Shown here piece after piece: positions 22,894-33,918 of a stretch of DNA of 64,000 nt. How positions within the stretch are numbered: the stretch's first letter is position 1; every line of letters begins with the position of its first letter. A model generated the notes under the pieces. It saw only the letters and a program-made list of their open reading frames with translations. It was not told the DNA's origin and did no database searches. Source of the stretch: Escherichia coli (lineage in GTDB: Bacteria; Pseudomonadota; Gammaproteobacteria; Enterobacterales; Enterobacteriaceae). Location of the stretch: the NCBI RefSeq assembly GCF_024298765.1, contig NZ_CP101210.1. One strand, 5' to 3'. A program made the position numbers and the translations under genes.

Positions 22894-25590
22894 TTACTGC
22901 CAACCGTAACGACGGCTATAGAACCCTTTCACCAACTGGGTTAACGTCATATACCCTGCCAGAATCGCAACCAGCCACGGGAAATAGCTCAACGGCAGCG
23001 CCTGCAGCTGCAGATAACTGGCCAGCGGTGAAAACGGCAATACAATCCCGACAATCATCACGATCACGGTCATGATCATTAACGGCCACGATGCACAGCT
23101 CTGAATAAACGGTACACGACGGGTGCGGATCATATGCACAATCAGCGTTTGCGACAGTAATCCCACCACAAACCAGCCCGACTGGAACAGCGTTTGCGTT
23201 TCCGGCGTGTTGGCATGGAATACCCACCACATCAGGCAAAACGTCAGAATATCGAAGATCGAGCTGATCGGTCCGAAGAAGATCATAAAGCGCCCCAGAT
23301 CCGCCGGATTCCAACGCTGCGGCTTTTGAATTTGCTCGTCGTCGACGTTATCAAACGGGATCGCCACCTGTGACACATCGTACAGCAGGTTCTGAATAAG
23401 CAAGTGTAACGGCAACATCGGCAGGAAGGGCAAGAAAGCACTCGCCACCAGCACGCTGAACACATTACCGAAGTTAGAGCTCGCCGTCATTTTGATGTAT
23501 TTCAGCATGTTGGCGAAAGTGCGACGTCCCTCAATAACCCCCTCTTCCAGCACCATCAGGCTTTTTTCCAGCAGGATGATATCAGCCGCTTCACGGGCAA
23601 TATCTACCGCGCCGTCCACAGAAATGCCGATATCCGCAGCACGTAAGGCGGGCGCATCATTAATACCATCGCCCATAAAGCCAACCACATGCCCTTCGCG
23701 CTTCAGTAAGGTCACAATGCGTTCTTTATGCATCGGCGTCAGGCGAGCAAACAGCGTGGTGCGCTGTGCGAGATTTGCCAGTTCGTCGTCAGATAGCGTT
23801 TCAATATCACTACCAATGACCACCTCTCCCGCGTCCAGCCCCACTTCATGGCACACTTTCGCTGCAACTAACTCACTGTCGCCAGTAAGGATTTTTACGG
23901 TAATTCCACTCGCTTTTAATGCCTTCAGTGCCGGAGCAGTTGTCTCTTTGGGCGGATCAAGGAAAGCAATATATCCTTCGAGGATCAGGTCGGATTCATC
24001 CGCCCGCTGGTAATCTCCTTCACGCGCTGGCAGGTATTTCGTCGCCACCGCAACCACGCGCAGCCCCTGACGATTCAGCGTATCAGTAACCCGCTTAATC
24101 TTACGCAGCATGATGTCATCGAGCGGCACAATCTCGCCATTGTGACGCACCTGCGAACACACATTGAGGATTTCCTGCAATGCACCTTTGCAAACCAGCT
24201 GATGGTGTTCGGTATTTTCTGCCACTACCACCGACATCCGACGACGCTCGAAATCAAACGGAATCTCATCAATTTTTTGCCAACGGCTGGCCAGCGAACG
24301 CGCTGACTCTTCATCCGTACCTTCGAGCACCGCGGTATCAAGCAGGTTTTTAAGTCCGGTCTGGTAATGACTGTTCAACCACGCGCTATGCAGCACGCGT
24401 TCGCTGGTTTTACCGGAGATATCGGTATGATTCTCCAGCACAATTTTATCCTGTGTCAGGGTGCCGGTTTTATCAGTGCACAGAATATCCATTGCGCCAA
24501 AGTTCTGAATGGCATCCAGATGCTTGACGATCACTTTCTGTTTCGACAGCTTTACTGCGCCGCGCGCCAGCGTCGAGGTAACAATCATCGGCAACATTTC
24601 TGGCGTTAAGCCTACCGCGACCGAAAGCGCAAACAGTGCCGCTTCCCACCAGTCGCCTTTGGTGTAACCGTTGATAAGCAACACCACCGGAGCCATCACC
24701 AGCATAAAGCGAATCAGCAGCATACTGACGCGGCTAATCCCTTGCTGAAAGGCATTCGGCTCGCTTTCCTGCTCACTAACACGCCCCGCCAGTTGACCAA
24801 ACCAGGTATTGGCCCCTGTGGCAATCACCATTGCTTGTGCCGTACCGCTCACCACGGTGGTGCCCATAAAACACAGGGTGTCGCACTCCAGCGGATTGCT
24901 GTGCTCCGGCTGGCGAGTAGTAGCGGCTTTTTCCACGGGCAGAGACTCACCGGTTAACGACGCCTGAGCGACGAACAGATCCCGCGCCTGCAAGATACGT
25001 AAATCTGCCGGGATCATATCCCCCGCCGCCAGTTTTATAATATCGCCGGGCACCAGCTGGTCGATCGGGATCTCCAGCCAGCCATTTTCGCCTTTGTCGT
25101 TAATTACGCGCAGCACCGTCGCGGTATTGCTGACCATCGCTTTCAGGGCATCTGCCGCTTTAGTGGAACGTGCTTCCTGAATAAAGTTCAGCAACGTAGA
25201 AATAGCGACCATTAGCGCGATAACGCCCGCGGCAAATAAATCTTCCGTGGCGTAAGAAATAGCGCCGAGAATGGTGAGTAAAATATTAAAGGGGTTGCGA
25301 TAGCAGACCCATAAATGTACCCACCACGGCGACGGTTGTTGTGCGGGTAATTTATTTTCACCATGTTGTTCGCGGGCAGATTCCACTTCCGCCTGATTTA
25401 ATCCTTCCGGATGGGTGTCGAACGTTTTCCACAATTCTTCTTCGGGCATCACCGCCATTTTCAGGCAATGCGCACTTAAGGACGGCGGGACCGCCGTATT
25501 CACTGTCTGCTGCGCGCCAGGCAATGGATCGCGATGAACCAGACGGGAAGGTAAATGGCGAATGAACCGGGTAAAAATTTCTTTAAACAT
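22894..25590 (-). CDS. mgtA: Mg2+-importing P-type ATPase
   Basis: 898 aa; CTDKTGTLT phosphorylation motif, TGD and GDGINDAPAL motifs. Confidence 0.95.
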   Translation of the reverse strand: MFKEIFTRFIRHLPSRLVHRDPLPGAQQTVNTAVPPSLSAHCLKMAVMPEEELWKTFDTHPEGLNQAEVESAREQHGENKLPAQQPSPWWVHLWVCYRNPFNILLTILGAISYATEDLFAAGVIALMVAISTLLNFIQEARSTKAADALKAMVSNTATVLRVINDKGENGWLEIPIDQLVPGDIIKLAAGDMIPADLRILQARDLFVAQASLTGESLPVEKAATTRQPEHSNPLECDTLCFMGTTVVSGTAQAMVIATGANTWFGQLAGRVSEQESEPNAFQQGISRVSMLLIRFMLVMAPVVLLINGYTKGDWWEAALFALSVAVGLTPEMLPMIVTSTLARGAVKLSKQKVIVKHLDAIQNFGAMDILCTDKTGTLTQDKIVLENHTDISGKTSERVLHSAWLNSHYQTGLKNLLDTAVLEGTDEESARSLASRWQKIDEIPFDFERRRMSVVVAENTEHHQLVCKGALQEILNVCSQVRHNGEIVPLDDIMLRKIKRVTDTLNRQGLRVVAVATKYLPAREGDYQRADESDLILEGYIAFLDPPKETTAPALKALKASGITVKILTGDSELVAAKVCHEVGLDAGEVVIGSDIETLSDDELANLAQRTTLFARLTPMHKERIVTLLKREGHVVGFMGDGINDAPALRAADIGISVDGAVDIAREAADIILLEKSLMVLEEGVIEGRRTFANMLKYIKMTASSNFGNVFSVLVASAFLPFLPMLPLHLLIQNLLYDVSQVAIPFDNVDDEQIQKPQRWNPADLGRFMIFFGPISSIFDILTFCLMWWVFHANTPETQTLFQSGWFVVGLLSQTLIVHMIRTRRVPFIQSCASWPLMIMTVIVMIVGIVLPFSPLASYLQLQALPLSYFPWLVAILAGYMTLTQLVKGFYSRRYGWQ

Positions 25591-25850
25591 AAGGAGTCCC
25601 TCCGTACTGTCTGAAACAGTACAGAAATGTCTTCGGCGTGGCGAAGCCTTACCTGAAGGTAATAAAGCTGAGCTGGGACGTTAAAACGTCACGGCCTTAC
25701 GCATCCGGTAACGCCGTGAAAAGACGGGCTTACCGGAAAAGTTTTAATCTCCGTCGAGGGAGAGGCGTGGGATCAGGTTCCATATAACCTCCGGTAAGTG
25801 AAAAAAGTGCCGCAAATAATAAGGAGAATCCAATAATATTCGTAGCATCT
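25591..25850 (-). promoter_or_regulatory. mgtA 5' leader (Mg2+/proline-sensing leader containing mgtL)
   Basis: About 260 nt between the predicted promoter and the mgtA start; contains the proline-rich mgtL ORF. Confidence 0.65.
25730..25783 (-). CDS. mgtL: mgtA leader peptide
   Basis: 17 codons, ATGGAACCTGATCCCACGCCTCTCCCTCGACGGAGATTAAAACTTTTCCGGTAA, giving [17 protein letters not shown]. Confidence 0.85.
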
Positions 25851-25876
25851 ATGGCGATATAATACCTGCTGGCAAC

Positions 25877-25893
25877 TAAACCAACGATAAACC
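25877..25893 (-). promoter_or_regulatory. PhoP box upstream of mgtA
   Basis: Minus strand reads GGTTTATCGTTGGTTTA, a direct repeat of GGTTTA separated by 5 nt, followed by a -10-like TATTAT. Confidence 0.7.
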
Positions 25894-25967
25894 AGACTTT
25901 ACCCATTGCTGAATGCACGGGTAAAGTTAGGCTCAAATAATTAAACAACACGTTACGGGACAACAGG

Positions 25968-26915
25968 ATGCAAAATCGGCTGACCATCAAAGACATCGCG
26001 CGCTTAAGCGGCGTGGGGAAATCTACGGTTTCCCGGGTGCTGAATAACGAAAGCGGCGTGAGCCAGCGCACGCGCGAGCGTGTTGAAGCAGTGATGAATC
26101 AGCATGGATTTTCCCCTTCCCGCTCTGCGCGCGCTATGCGTGGTCAAAGCGATAAAGTGGTCGCCATCATTGTTACCCGTCTGGATTCGTTGTCAGAAAA
26201 TCTCGCCGTTCAAACCATGCTGCCAGCGTTCTATGAACAAGGTTACGACCCAATCATGATGGAAAGTCAGTTTTCCCCGCAATTAGTTGCCGAACATTTG
26301 GGGGTGCTGAAACGGCGTAATATCGACGGCGTAGTGCTGTTCGGTTTTACCGGCATAACAGAAGAAATGTTAGCCCACTGGCAGTCATCGCTGGTTCTGC
26401 TGGCGCGTGACGCAAAAGGCTTTGCTTCGGTCTGTTATGACGACGAAGGGGCAATCAAGATCCTGATGCAACGGCTGTATGACCAGGGGCATCGTAATAT
26501 CAGTTATCTCGGCGTGCCGCATAGTGACGTGACGACCGGGAAGCGACGTCACGAAGCCTACCTGGCGTTCTGCAAAGCGCATAAACTGCATCCCGTTGCC
26601 GCTCTGCCAGGCCTTGCTATGAAGCAAGGCTATGAGAACGTAGCAAAAGTGATTACGCCTGAAACTACCGCCTTACTGTGCGCAACCGACACGCTGGCAC
26701 TTGGCGCAAGTAAATACCTGCAAGAGCAACGCATCGACACCTTGCAACTGGCGAGCGTCGGTAATACGCCATTAATGAAATTCCTCCATCCGGAGATCGT
26801 CACCGTAGATCCTGGTTACGCCGAAGCTGGACGCCAGGCGGCCTGCCAATTGATCGCACAGGTAACCGGGCGCAGCGAACCGCAACAAATCATCATCCCC
26901 GCCACCCTGTCCTGA
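25968..26915 (+). CDS. treR: Trehalose operon repressor (LacI family)
   Basis: 315 aa; N-terminal HTH LTIKDIARLSGVGKSTVSRVLNN. Confidence 0.93.
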   Translation: MQNRLTIKDIARLSGVGKSTVSRVLNNESGVSQRTRERVEAVMNQHGFSPSRSARAMRGQSDKVVAIIVTRLDSLSENLAVQTMLPAFYEQGYDPIMMESQFSPQLVAEHLGVLKRRNIDGVVLFGFTGITEEMLAHWQSSLVLLARDAKGFASVCYDDEGAIKILMQRLYDQGHRNISYLGVPHSDVTTGKRRHEAYLAFCKAHKLHPVAALPGLAMKQGYENVAKVITPETTALLCATDTLALGASKYLQEQRIDTLQLASVGNTPLMKFLHPEIVTVDPGYAEAGRQAACQLIAQVTGRSEPQQIIIPATLS

Positions 26916-27033
26916 TCGTTTCCTGAACGATAAATTGTGATCTTCGCTGCGTTTCGGGAACGTTCCCGTTTTTAAATTTTTCCGCGCAATATATTCTGCA
27001 GCCAACCAAAAATGTCATCTGCCATGGGGCTTT

Positions 27034-28455
27034 ATGATGAGCAAAATAAACCAAACGGATATCGATCGGTTGATTGAACTGGTCGGCGGGCGCGGCAATA
27101 TTGCGACGGTGAGCCACTGTATTACTCGCCTGCACTTTGTCCTCAACCAACCGGCCAATGCCAGACCGAAAGAAATTGAGCAACTCCCCATGGTGAAAGG
27201 CTGTTTCACCAATGCCGGGCAATTTCAGGTGGTGATTGGCACCAACGTGGGTGATTACTATCAAGCACTAATAGCGTCAACCGGACAGGCGCAGGTTGAT
27301 AAAGAGCAGGTAAAAAAAGCCGCCCGGCAGAATATGAAATGGCATGAGCAGTTGATCTCTCATTTCGCGGAGATCTTCTTCCCGTTGCTGCCCGCGTTGA
27401 TTAGCGGCGGTTTGATCCTCGGTTTTCGCAATGTGATCGGCGATTTGCCCATGAGCAACGGTCAAACGCTGGCGCAAATGTACCCTTCCCTGCAAACGAT
27501 CTACGATTTTCTGTGGTTGATCGGTGAAGCGATCTTCTTCTACCTGCCGGTCGGGATTTGCTGGTCAGCGGTGAAAAAAATGGGCGGCACGCCGATCCTT
27601 GGTATCGTGCTTGGCGTGACACTGGTTTCCCCCCAGCTGATGAACGCTTATCTGCTCGGGCAGCAGCTGCCGGAAGTGTGGGACTTTGGCATGTTCAGCA
27701 TCGCCAAAGTGGGCTATCAGGCGCAGGTGATCCCGGCACTGTTAGCCGGGCTGGCGCTGGGCGTTATTGAAACTCGCCTTAAACGCATCGTACCGGATTA
27801 CCTCTATCTGGTGGTGGTGCCCGTCTGTTCGCTGATCCTCGCGGTGTTCCTCGCCCATGCGCTGATTGGTCCGTTTGGTCGCATGATTGGCGATGGCGTT
27901 GCCTTTGCGGTACGTCACCTGATGACCGGCAGCTTTGCTCCGATTGGTGCGGCATTGTTTGGCTTCCTGTACGCGCCGCTGGTGATCACCGGCGTACACC
28001 AGACCACCCTTGCTATTGATTTGCAGATGATTCAAAGCATGGGTGGCACGCCAGTGTGGCCGCTGATTGCGCTGTCGAATATCGCTCAGGGCTCCGCCGT
28101 GATAGGCATTATCATTTCCAGCCGCAAGCACAATGAACGCGAGATCTCCGTGCCTGCCGCTATCTCCGCCTGGCTTGGGGTCACTGAGCCTGCAATGTAC
28201 GGCATCAACCTGAAATATCGCTTCCCGATGCTGTGCGCGATGATTGGTTCTGGTCTGGCAGGATTGCTATGCGGCCTGAACGGCGTTATGGCGAATGGCA
28301 TCGGCGTAGGCGGCCTGCCGGGAATTCTCTCGATTCAACCGAGCTACTGGCAGGTGTTTGCGCTGGCAATGGCTATCGCCATCATCATCCCGATTGTACT
28401 CACCTCGTTTATCTATCAGCGGAAATACCGCCTGGGCACGCTGGACATTGTTTAA
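27034..28455 (+). CDS. treB: PTS trehalose-specific EIIBC
   Basis: 473 aa; EIIB cysteine motif (VSHCITRLHF) followed by a multi-span EIIC domain. Confidence 0.94.
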   Translation: MMSKINQTDIDRLIELVGGRGNIATVSHCITRLHFVLNQPANARPKEIEQLPMVKGCFTNAGQFQVVIGTNVGDYYQALIASTGQAQVDKEQVKKAARQNMKWHEQLISHFAEIFFPLLPALISGGLILGFRNVIGDLPMSNGQTLAQMYPSLQTIYDFLWLIGEAIFFYLPVGICWSAVKKMGGTPILGIVLGVTLVSPQLMNAYLLGQQLPEVWDFGMFSIAKVGYQAQVIPALLAGLALGVIETRLKRIVPDYLYLVVVPVCSLILAVFLAHALIGPFGRMIGDGVAFAVRHLMTGSFAPIGAALFGFLYAPLVITGVHQTTLAIDLQMIQSMGGTPVWPLIALSNIAQGSAVIGIIISSRKHNEREISVPAAISAWLGVTEPAMYGINLKYRFPMLCAMIGSGLAGLLCGLNGVMANGIGVGGLPGILSIQPSYWQVFALAMAIAIIIPIVLTSFIYQRKYRLGTLDIV

Positions 28456-28504
28456 TTTTCTTCGGGGCGCAATTGCGCCCCCTCGCATTTGCAGGAATAA
28501 CGTA

Positions 28505-30160
28505 ATGACTAATCTTCCCCACTGGTGGCAAAACGGCGTTATCTACCAGATTTATCCAAAGAGTTTTCAGGACACCACGGGTAGCGGCACCGGCGATTTA
28601 CGTGGCGTTATCCAACGCCTGGACTATCTGCATAAACTGGGCGTTGATGCCATCTGGCTAACCCCCTTTTATGTCTCTCCGCAGGTCGATAACGGTTACG
28701 ATGTAGCGAACTATACGGCGATTGATCCCACCTACGGCACGCTGGACGATTTTGACGAACTGGTGACGCAGGCAAAATCGCGCGGGATTCGTATCATTCT
28801 CGATATGGTGTTTAACCATACCTCTACCCAACATGCCTGGTTTCGCGAGGCGCTGAACAAAGAAAGCCCTTACCGCCAGTTTTATATCTGGCGCGATGGC
28901 GAACCAGAAACGCCACCGAACAACTGGCGTTCAAAATTTGGCGGTAGTGCGTGGCGCTGGCATGCGGAAAGCGAACAGTACTATTTGCATCTCTTTGCAC
29001 CAGAACAGGCGGATCTCAACTGGGAGAATCCAGCGGTACGCGCAGAGCTGAAAAAAGTCTGTGAGTTCTGGGCCGATCGTGGGGTCGACGGGTTGCGCCT
29101 GGATGTGGTGAATCTGATCTCCAAAGACCCGCGTTTCCCTGAAGACCTGGATGGCGACGGGCGTCGCTTCTACACCGACGGGCCACGAGCACACGAGTTT
29201 TTGCACGAGATGAACCGCGATGTGTTTACGCCACGCGGGTTAATGACCGTAGGTGAAATGTCCTCCACCAGCCTTGAGCATTGCCAGCGATACGCGGCAC
29301 TGACAGGCAGTGAATTGTCGATGACCTTTAATTTTCATCACCTGAAGGTCGATTATCCCGGTGGTGAAAAATGGACGCTGGCTAAACCTGACTTTGTGGC
29401 GTTGAAAACATTGTTCCGCCACTGGCAACAAGGAATGCACAACGTGGCATGGAATGCCTTGTTCTGGTGTAACCACGATCAGCCGCGCATTGTTTCTCGC
29501 TTTGGTGATGAAGGTGAATACCGCGTGCCTGCGGCAAAAATGCTGGCGATGGTGCTGCATGGCATGCAGGGAACGCCGTATATCTACCAGGGCGAAGAGA
29601 TTGGCATGACCAACCCGCATTTCACGCGCATTACTGACTATCGCGACGTGGAGAGCCTCAATATGTTTGCCGAGCTGCGCAACGATGGTCGTGATGCCGA
29701 CGAGTTATTGGCAATCCTCGCCAGTAAATCCCGTGACAACAGTCGCACACCCATGCAATGGAGCAACGGCGATAATGCCGGGTTTACGGCTGGCGAACCG
29801 TGGATTGGCCTGGGCGATAACTATCAGGAAATCAACGTAGAAGCAGCGCTGGCCGATGAGTCCTCGGTGTTTTACACCTACCAAAAGTTAATCGCACTGC
29901 GTAAGCAAGAAGCCGTCCTGACATGGGGCGATTACCAGGATCTGCTGCCAAACAGCCCTGTATTGTGGTGCTATCGCCGTGAGTGGAAGGGGCAAACCTT
30001 ACTGGTCATTGCCAACCTTAGCCGTGAGACCCAACCCTGGCAGCCAGGGAAAATGCTCGGCAACTGGCAGCTTGTGATGCATAACTACGAAGAAGCCTCA
30101 CCACAACCCTGTGCCATGACTTTACGGCCTTTTGAGGCTGTCTGGTGGTTACAGAAGTAA
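28505..30160 (+). CDS. treC: Trehalose-6-phosphate hydrolase (GH13)
   Basis: MTNLPHWWQNGVIYQIYPKSFQDT...; 551 aa from internal Met; GH13 motifs DAIWLTP, GLRLDVV. Confidence 0.95.
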   Translation: MTNLPHWWQNGVIYQIYPKSFQDTTGSGTGDLRGVIQRLDYLHKLGVDAIWLTPFYVSPQVDNGYDVANYTAIDPTYGTLDDFDELVTQAKSRGIRIILDMVFNHTSTQHAWFREALNKESPYRQFYIWRDGEPETPPNNWRSKFGGSAWRWHAESEQYYLHLFAPEQADLNWENPAVRAELKKVCEFWADRGVDGLRLDVVNLISKDPRFPEDLDGDGRRFYTDGPRAHEFLHEMNRDVFTPRGLMTVGEMSSTSLEHCQRYAALTGSELSMTFNFHHLKVDYPGGEKWTLAKPDFVALKTLFRHWQQGMHNVAWNALFWCNHDQPRIVSRFGDEGEYRVPAAKMLAMVLHGMQGTPYIYQGEEIGMTNPHFTRITDYRDVESLNMFAELRNDGRDADELLAILASKSRDNSRTPMQWSNGDNAGFTAGEPWIGLGDNYQEINVEAALADESSVFYTYQKLIALRKQEAVLTWGDYQDLLPNSPVLWCYRREWKGQTLLVIANLSRETQPWQPGKMLGNWQLVMHNYEEASPQPCAMTLRPFEAVWWLQK

Positions 30161-30295
30161 GTATCCGCTAAGCCCCGGTAATACTGGTCATTCCGGGGTT
30201 TTGCCTTTCAGCATGTTGATTTTATAATCAAAAAATTCATTAAAAAATTTACATAACGCTGTAGCGCCCGTCATCCGTACGCTCTGCTTTTTACT

Positions 30296-30351
30296 TTGAG
30301 CTACATCAAAAAAAGTTCAAACATCCTTGATGCAAAGCACTATATATAGAC
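30296..30351 (+). promoter_or_regulatory. nrdDG promoter: two FNR-type sites and an NrdR-box-like palindrome
   Basis: TTGAGctacATCAA at 30296-30309 and TTGATgcaaAGCAC at 30327-30340, centres 31 bp apart; CACTATATATAG follows. Confidence 0.55.
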
Positions 30352-30544
30352 TTTAAAATGCGTCCCGACCCAATATGTTGTATTAATCGACTATAATTGC
30401 TACTACAACTCCCCACGAAAAAGGTGCGGCGTTGTGGATAAGCGGATGGCGATTGCGGAAAGCGCCGGAAAACGAAACGAAAAAACCGGAAAACACCTTT
30501 CCCAATTTCTGTGGATAACCTGTTCTTAAAAATATGGAGCGATC

Positions 30545-32683
30545 ATGACACCGCATGTGATGAAACGAGACGGCTGCAAAGTGCCGTTTAAATCAGAGCG
30601 CATCAAAGAAGCGATTCTGCGTGCAGCTAAAGCAGCGGAAGTCGATGATGCAGATTATTGCGCCACTGTTGCCGCGGTTGTCAGCGAGCAGATGCAGGGC
30701 CGCAGCCAGGTGGATATCAACGAGATCCAGACCGCCGTTGAAAACCAGCTTATGTCGGGTCCATACAAACAACTGGCTCGTGCTTACATCGAGTACCGTC
30801 ACGATCGCGACATTGAACGTGAAAAACGCGGTCGCCTGAATCAGGAGATCCGTGGTCTGGTTGAGCAGACCAACGCCTCGTTGCTCAACGAAAACGCCAA
30901 CAAAGACAGCAAGGTGATTCCAACCCAGCGCGACCTGCTGGCCGGGATTGTGGCTAAACACTATGCACGCCAGCACCTGCTGCCGCGTGACGTGGTGCAG
31001 GCACATGAACGTGGTGATATTCACTATCACGATCTCGATTACTCACCGTTCTTCCCGATGTTCAACTGCATGTTGATCGACCTGAAAGGCATGCTGACCC
31101 AGGGCTTTAAAATGGGGAACGCCGAGATTGAACCGCCGAAGTCGATCTCTACGGCAACCGCGGTAACTGCGCAGATTATTGCCCAGGTCGCCAGCCATAT
31201 TTATGGCGGCACCACCATTAACCGTATCGATGAAGTGCTGGCACCGTTTGTCACCGCCAGCTACAACAAACATCGCAAGACCGCAGAAGAGTGGAACATC
31301 CCGGACGCCGAAGGCTACGCTAACTCTCGTACCATCAAAGAGTGCTACGATGCCTTCCAGTCGCTGGAGTACGAAGTAAACACCCTGCACACCGCCAACG
31401 GTCAAACGCCGTTTGTAACCTTTGGTTTTGGTCTGGGCACCAGCTGGGAGTCGCGCCTGATTCAGGAATCTATCCTGCGTAACCGTATCGCCGGCCTCGG
31501 TAAAAACCGTAAAACGGCGGTGTTCCCGAAACTGGTGTTTGCGATTCGCGATGGCCTGAACCATAAAAAAGGCGATCCGAACTACGACATCAAACAGCTG
31601 GCGCTGGAGTGCGCAAGCAAGCGCATGTATCCGGATATCCTGAACTACGATCAGGTAGTGAAAGTCACCGGTTCGTTTAAAACCCCGATGGGCTGCCGCA
31701 GCTTCCTCGGCGTGTGGGAAAATGAAAACGGCGAGCAGATCCACGATGGTCGTAACAACCTCGGCGTGATCAGCCTGAACCTGCCGCGTATTGCTCTGGA
31801 AGCAAAAGGCGATGAAGCCACCTTCTGGAAGCTGCTGGATGAACGTCTGGTGCTGGCACGTAAGGCACTGATGACCCGTATCGCTCGTCTCGAAGGCGTG
31901 AAAGCGCGCGTAGCCCCGATCCTCTATATGGAAGGCGCTTGTGGCGTGCGTCTGAATGCTGACGACGACGTTTCTGAAATCTTCAAAAACGGTCGTGCAT
32001 CTATTTCGCTGGGTTACATCGGCATCCACGAAACCATTAACGCGCTGTTCGGCGGCGAGCATGTTTACGACAACGAGCAGCTGCGCGCGAAAGGTATTGC
32101 GATTGTTGAGCGTCTGCGTCAGGCGGTGGATCAGTGGAAAGAAGAAACTGGCTACGGTTTCAGCCTCTACAGTACGCCGAGTGAGAACCTGTGCGACCGC
32201 TTCTGCCGTCTCGATACCGCTGAGTTTGGCGTGGTGCCGGGCGTGACCGATAAAGGTTACTACACCAACAGTTTCCACCTTGATGTGGAGAAAAAGGTGA
32301 ACCCGTATGACAAGATCGACTTTGAAGCGCCTTACCCGCCGCTGGCGAACGGTGGTTTCATTTGCTACGGCGAGTATCCAAACATTCAGCACAACCTGAA
32401 GGCGCTGGAAGATGTCTGGGATTACAGCTATCAGCATGTACCGTATTACGGCACCAATACGCCGATCGATGAGTGCTACGAGTGTGGCTTTACCGGTGAG
32501 TTCGAGTGCACCAGCAAAGGCTTCACTTGTCCGAAATGTGGTAACCATGACGCCTCCCGTGTGTCGGTGACTCGCCGCGTGTGCGGATATTTAGGTAGCC
32601 CGGATGCACGTCCATTTAACGCCGGTAAGCAGGAAGAAGTTAAGCGCCGCGTTAAACATTTGGGGAATGGGCAGATAGGTTAA
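30545..32683 (+). CDS. nrdD: Anaerobic ribonucleoside-triphosphate reductase
   Basis: 712 aa; N-terminal ATP-cone; C-terminal glycyl-radical region with Cys-rich Zn site CYECGFTGEFECTSKGFTCPKCG. Confidence 0.97.
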   Translation: MTPHVMKRDGCKVPFKSERIKEAILRAAKAAEVDDADYCATVAAVVSEQMQGRSQVDINEIQTAVENQLMSGPYKQLARAYIEYRHDRDIEREKRGRLNQEIRGLVEQTNASLLNENANKDSKVIPTQRDLLAGIVAKHYARQHLLPRDVVQAHERGDIHYHDLDYSPFFPMFNCMLIDLKGMLTQGFKMGNAEIEPPKSISTATAVTAQIIAQVASHIYGGTTINRIDEVLAPFVTASYNKHRKTAEEWNIPDAEGYANSRTIKECYDAFQSLEYEVNTLHTANGQTPFVTFGFGLGTSWESRLIQESILRNRIAGLGKNRKTAVFPKLVFAIRDGLNHKKGDPNYDIKQLALECASKRMYPDILNYDQVVKVTGSFKTPMGCRSFLGVWENENGEQIHDGRNNLGVISLNLPRIALEAKGDEATFWKLLDERLVLARKALMTRIARLEGVKARVAPILYMEGACGVRLNADDDVSEIFKNGRASISLGYIGIHETINALFGGEHVYDNEQLRAKGIAIVERLRQAVDQWKEETGYGFSLYSTPSENLCDRFCRLDTAEFGVVPGVTDKGYYTNSFHLDVEKKVNPYDKIDFEAPYPPLANGGFICYGEYPNIQHNLKALEDVWDYSYQHVPYYGTNTPIDECYECGFTGEFECTSKGFTCPKCGNHDASRVSVTRRVCGYLGSPDARPFNAGKQEEVKRRVKHLGNGQIG

Positions 32684-32705
32684 TCTTCACTCTGCGTTAA
32701 GCAAA

Positions 32706-32834
<129 letters not shown>

Positions 32835-32840
32835 GAAATA

Positions 32841-33305
32841 ATGAATTATCATCAGTACTATCCTGTCGACATCGTCAACGGCCCCGGCACTCGCTGCACC
32901 CTGTTTGTCTCCGGGTGTGTTCATGAATGCCCCGGTTGCTATAACAAAAGCACCTGGCGGGTAAATTCCGGTCAGCCATTTACCAAAGCAATGGAAGACC
33001 AGATCATTAACGATCTGAATGACACTCGCATCAAACGCCAGGGTATTTCCCTCTCCGGCGGCGATCCGCTGCATCCGCAAAACGTGCCGGATATTCTGAA
33101 ACTGGTACAACGCATCCGCGCCGAATGTCCGGGTAAAGACATCTGGGTGTGGACAGGCTATAAACTCGACGAACTCAACGCTGCGCAAATGCAGGTTGTT
33201 GATTTGATTAACGTGCTGGTCGACGGCAAATTTGTGCAGGATTTAAAAGACCCTTCCCTGATCTGGCGCGGCAGCAGCAATCAGGTGGTGCATCATTTGC
33301 GATGA
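32841..33305 (+). CDS. nrdG: Anaerobic RNR activating enzyme (radical SAM)
   Basis: 154 aa; Cys-rich radical-SAM cluster motif (CTLFVSGCVHECPGCYN). Confidence 0.93.
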   Translation: MNYHQYYPVDIVNGPGTRCTLFVSGCVHECPGCYNKSTWRVNSGQPFTKAMEDQIINDLNDTRIKRQGISLSGGDPLHPQNVPDILKLVQRIRAECPGKDIWVWTGYKLDELNAAQMQVVDLINVLVDGKFVQDLKDPSLIWRGSSNQVVHHLR

Positions 33306-33349
33306 TAAGTTCCCTGTTACCTGAGTGCAGGCAACAGGGAAATAAGGAA

Positions 33350-33739
<390 letters not shown>

Positions 33740-33918
33740 TCACTTCCTTTTTTATTTACACTTCATCCTTCACACTGCCTCATCGACGGCTACGCTCATT
33801 CGCCCGAGTCACGTACTGCGAGTACGCTCCCCGGTCCTCATTCACTTTCCGTCTCGATGCAGTGCGAATGATTTTGTGTAATTTTTTAGTTTATAGCGCG
33901 GCAGGTCGCGCCAGTTTT

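Noticed and set aside
30216-30231. TTGATTTTATAATCAA palindrome upstream of nrdD as a canonical FNR site
   Set aside because: Half-site spacing is 6 rather than 4, so it does not fit the FNR/CRP consensus geometry; the downstream TTGAG-N4-ATCAA pair is the better candidate.
31043-32548. 501-aa minus-strand ORF antisense to nrdD
   Set aside because: Shadow ORF inside the highly conserved nrdD; Arg/Val-rich, low-complexity composition typical of antisense frames.
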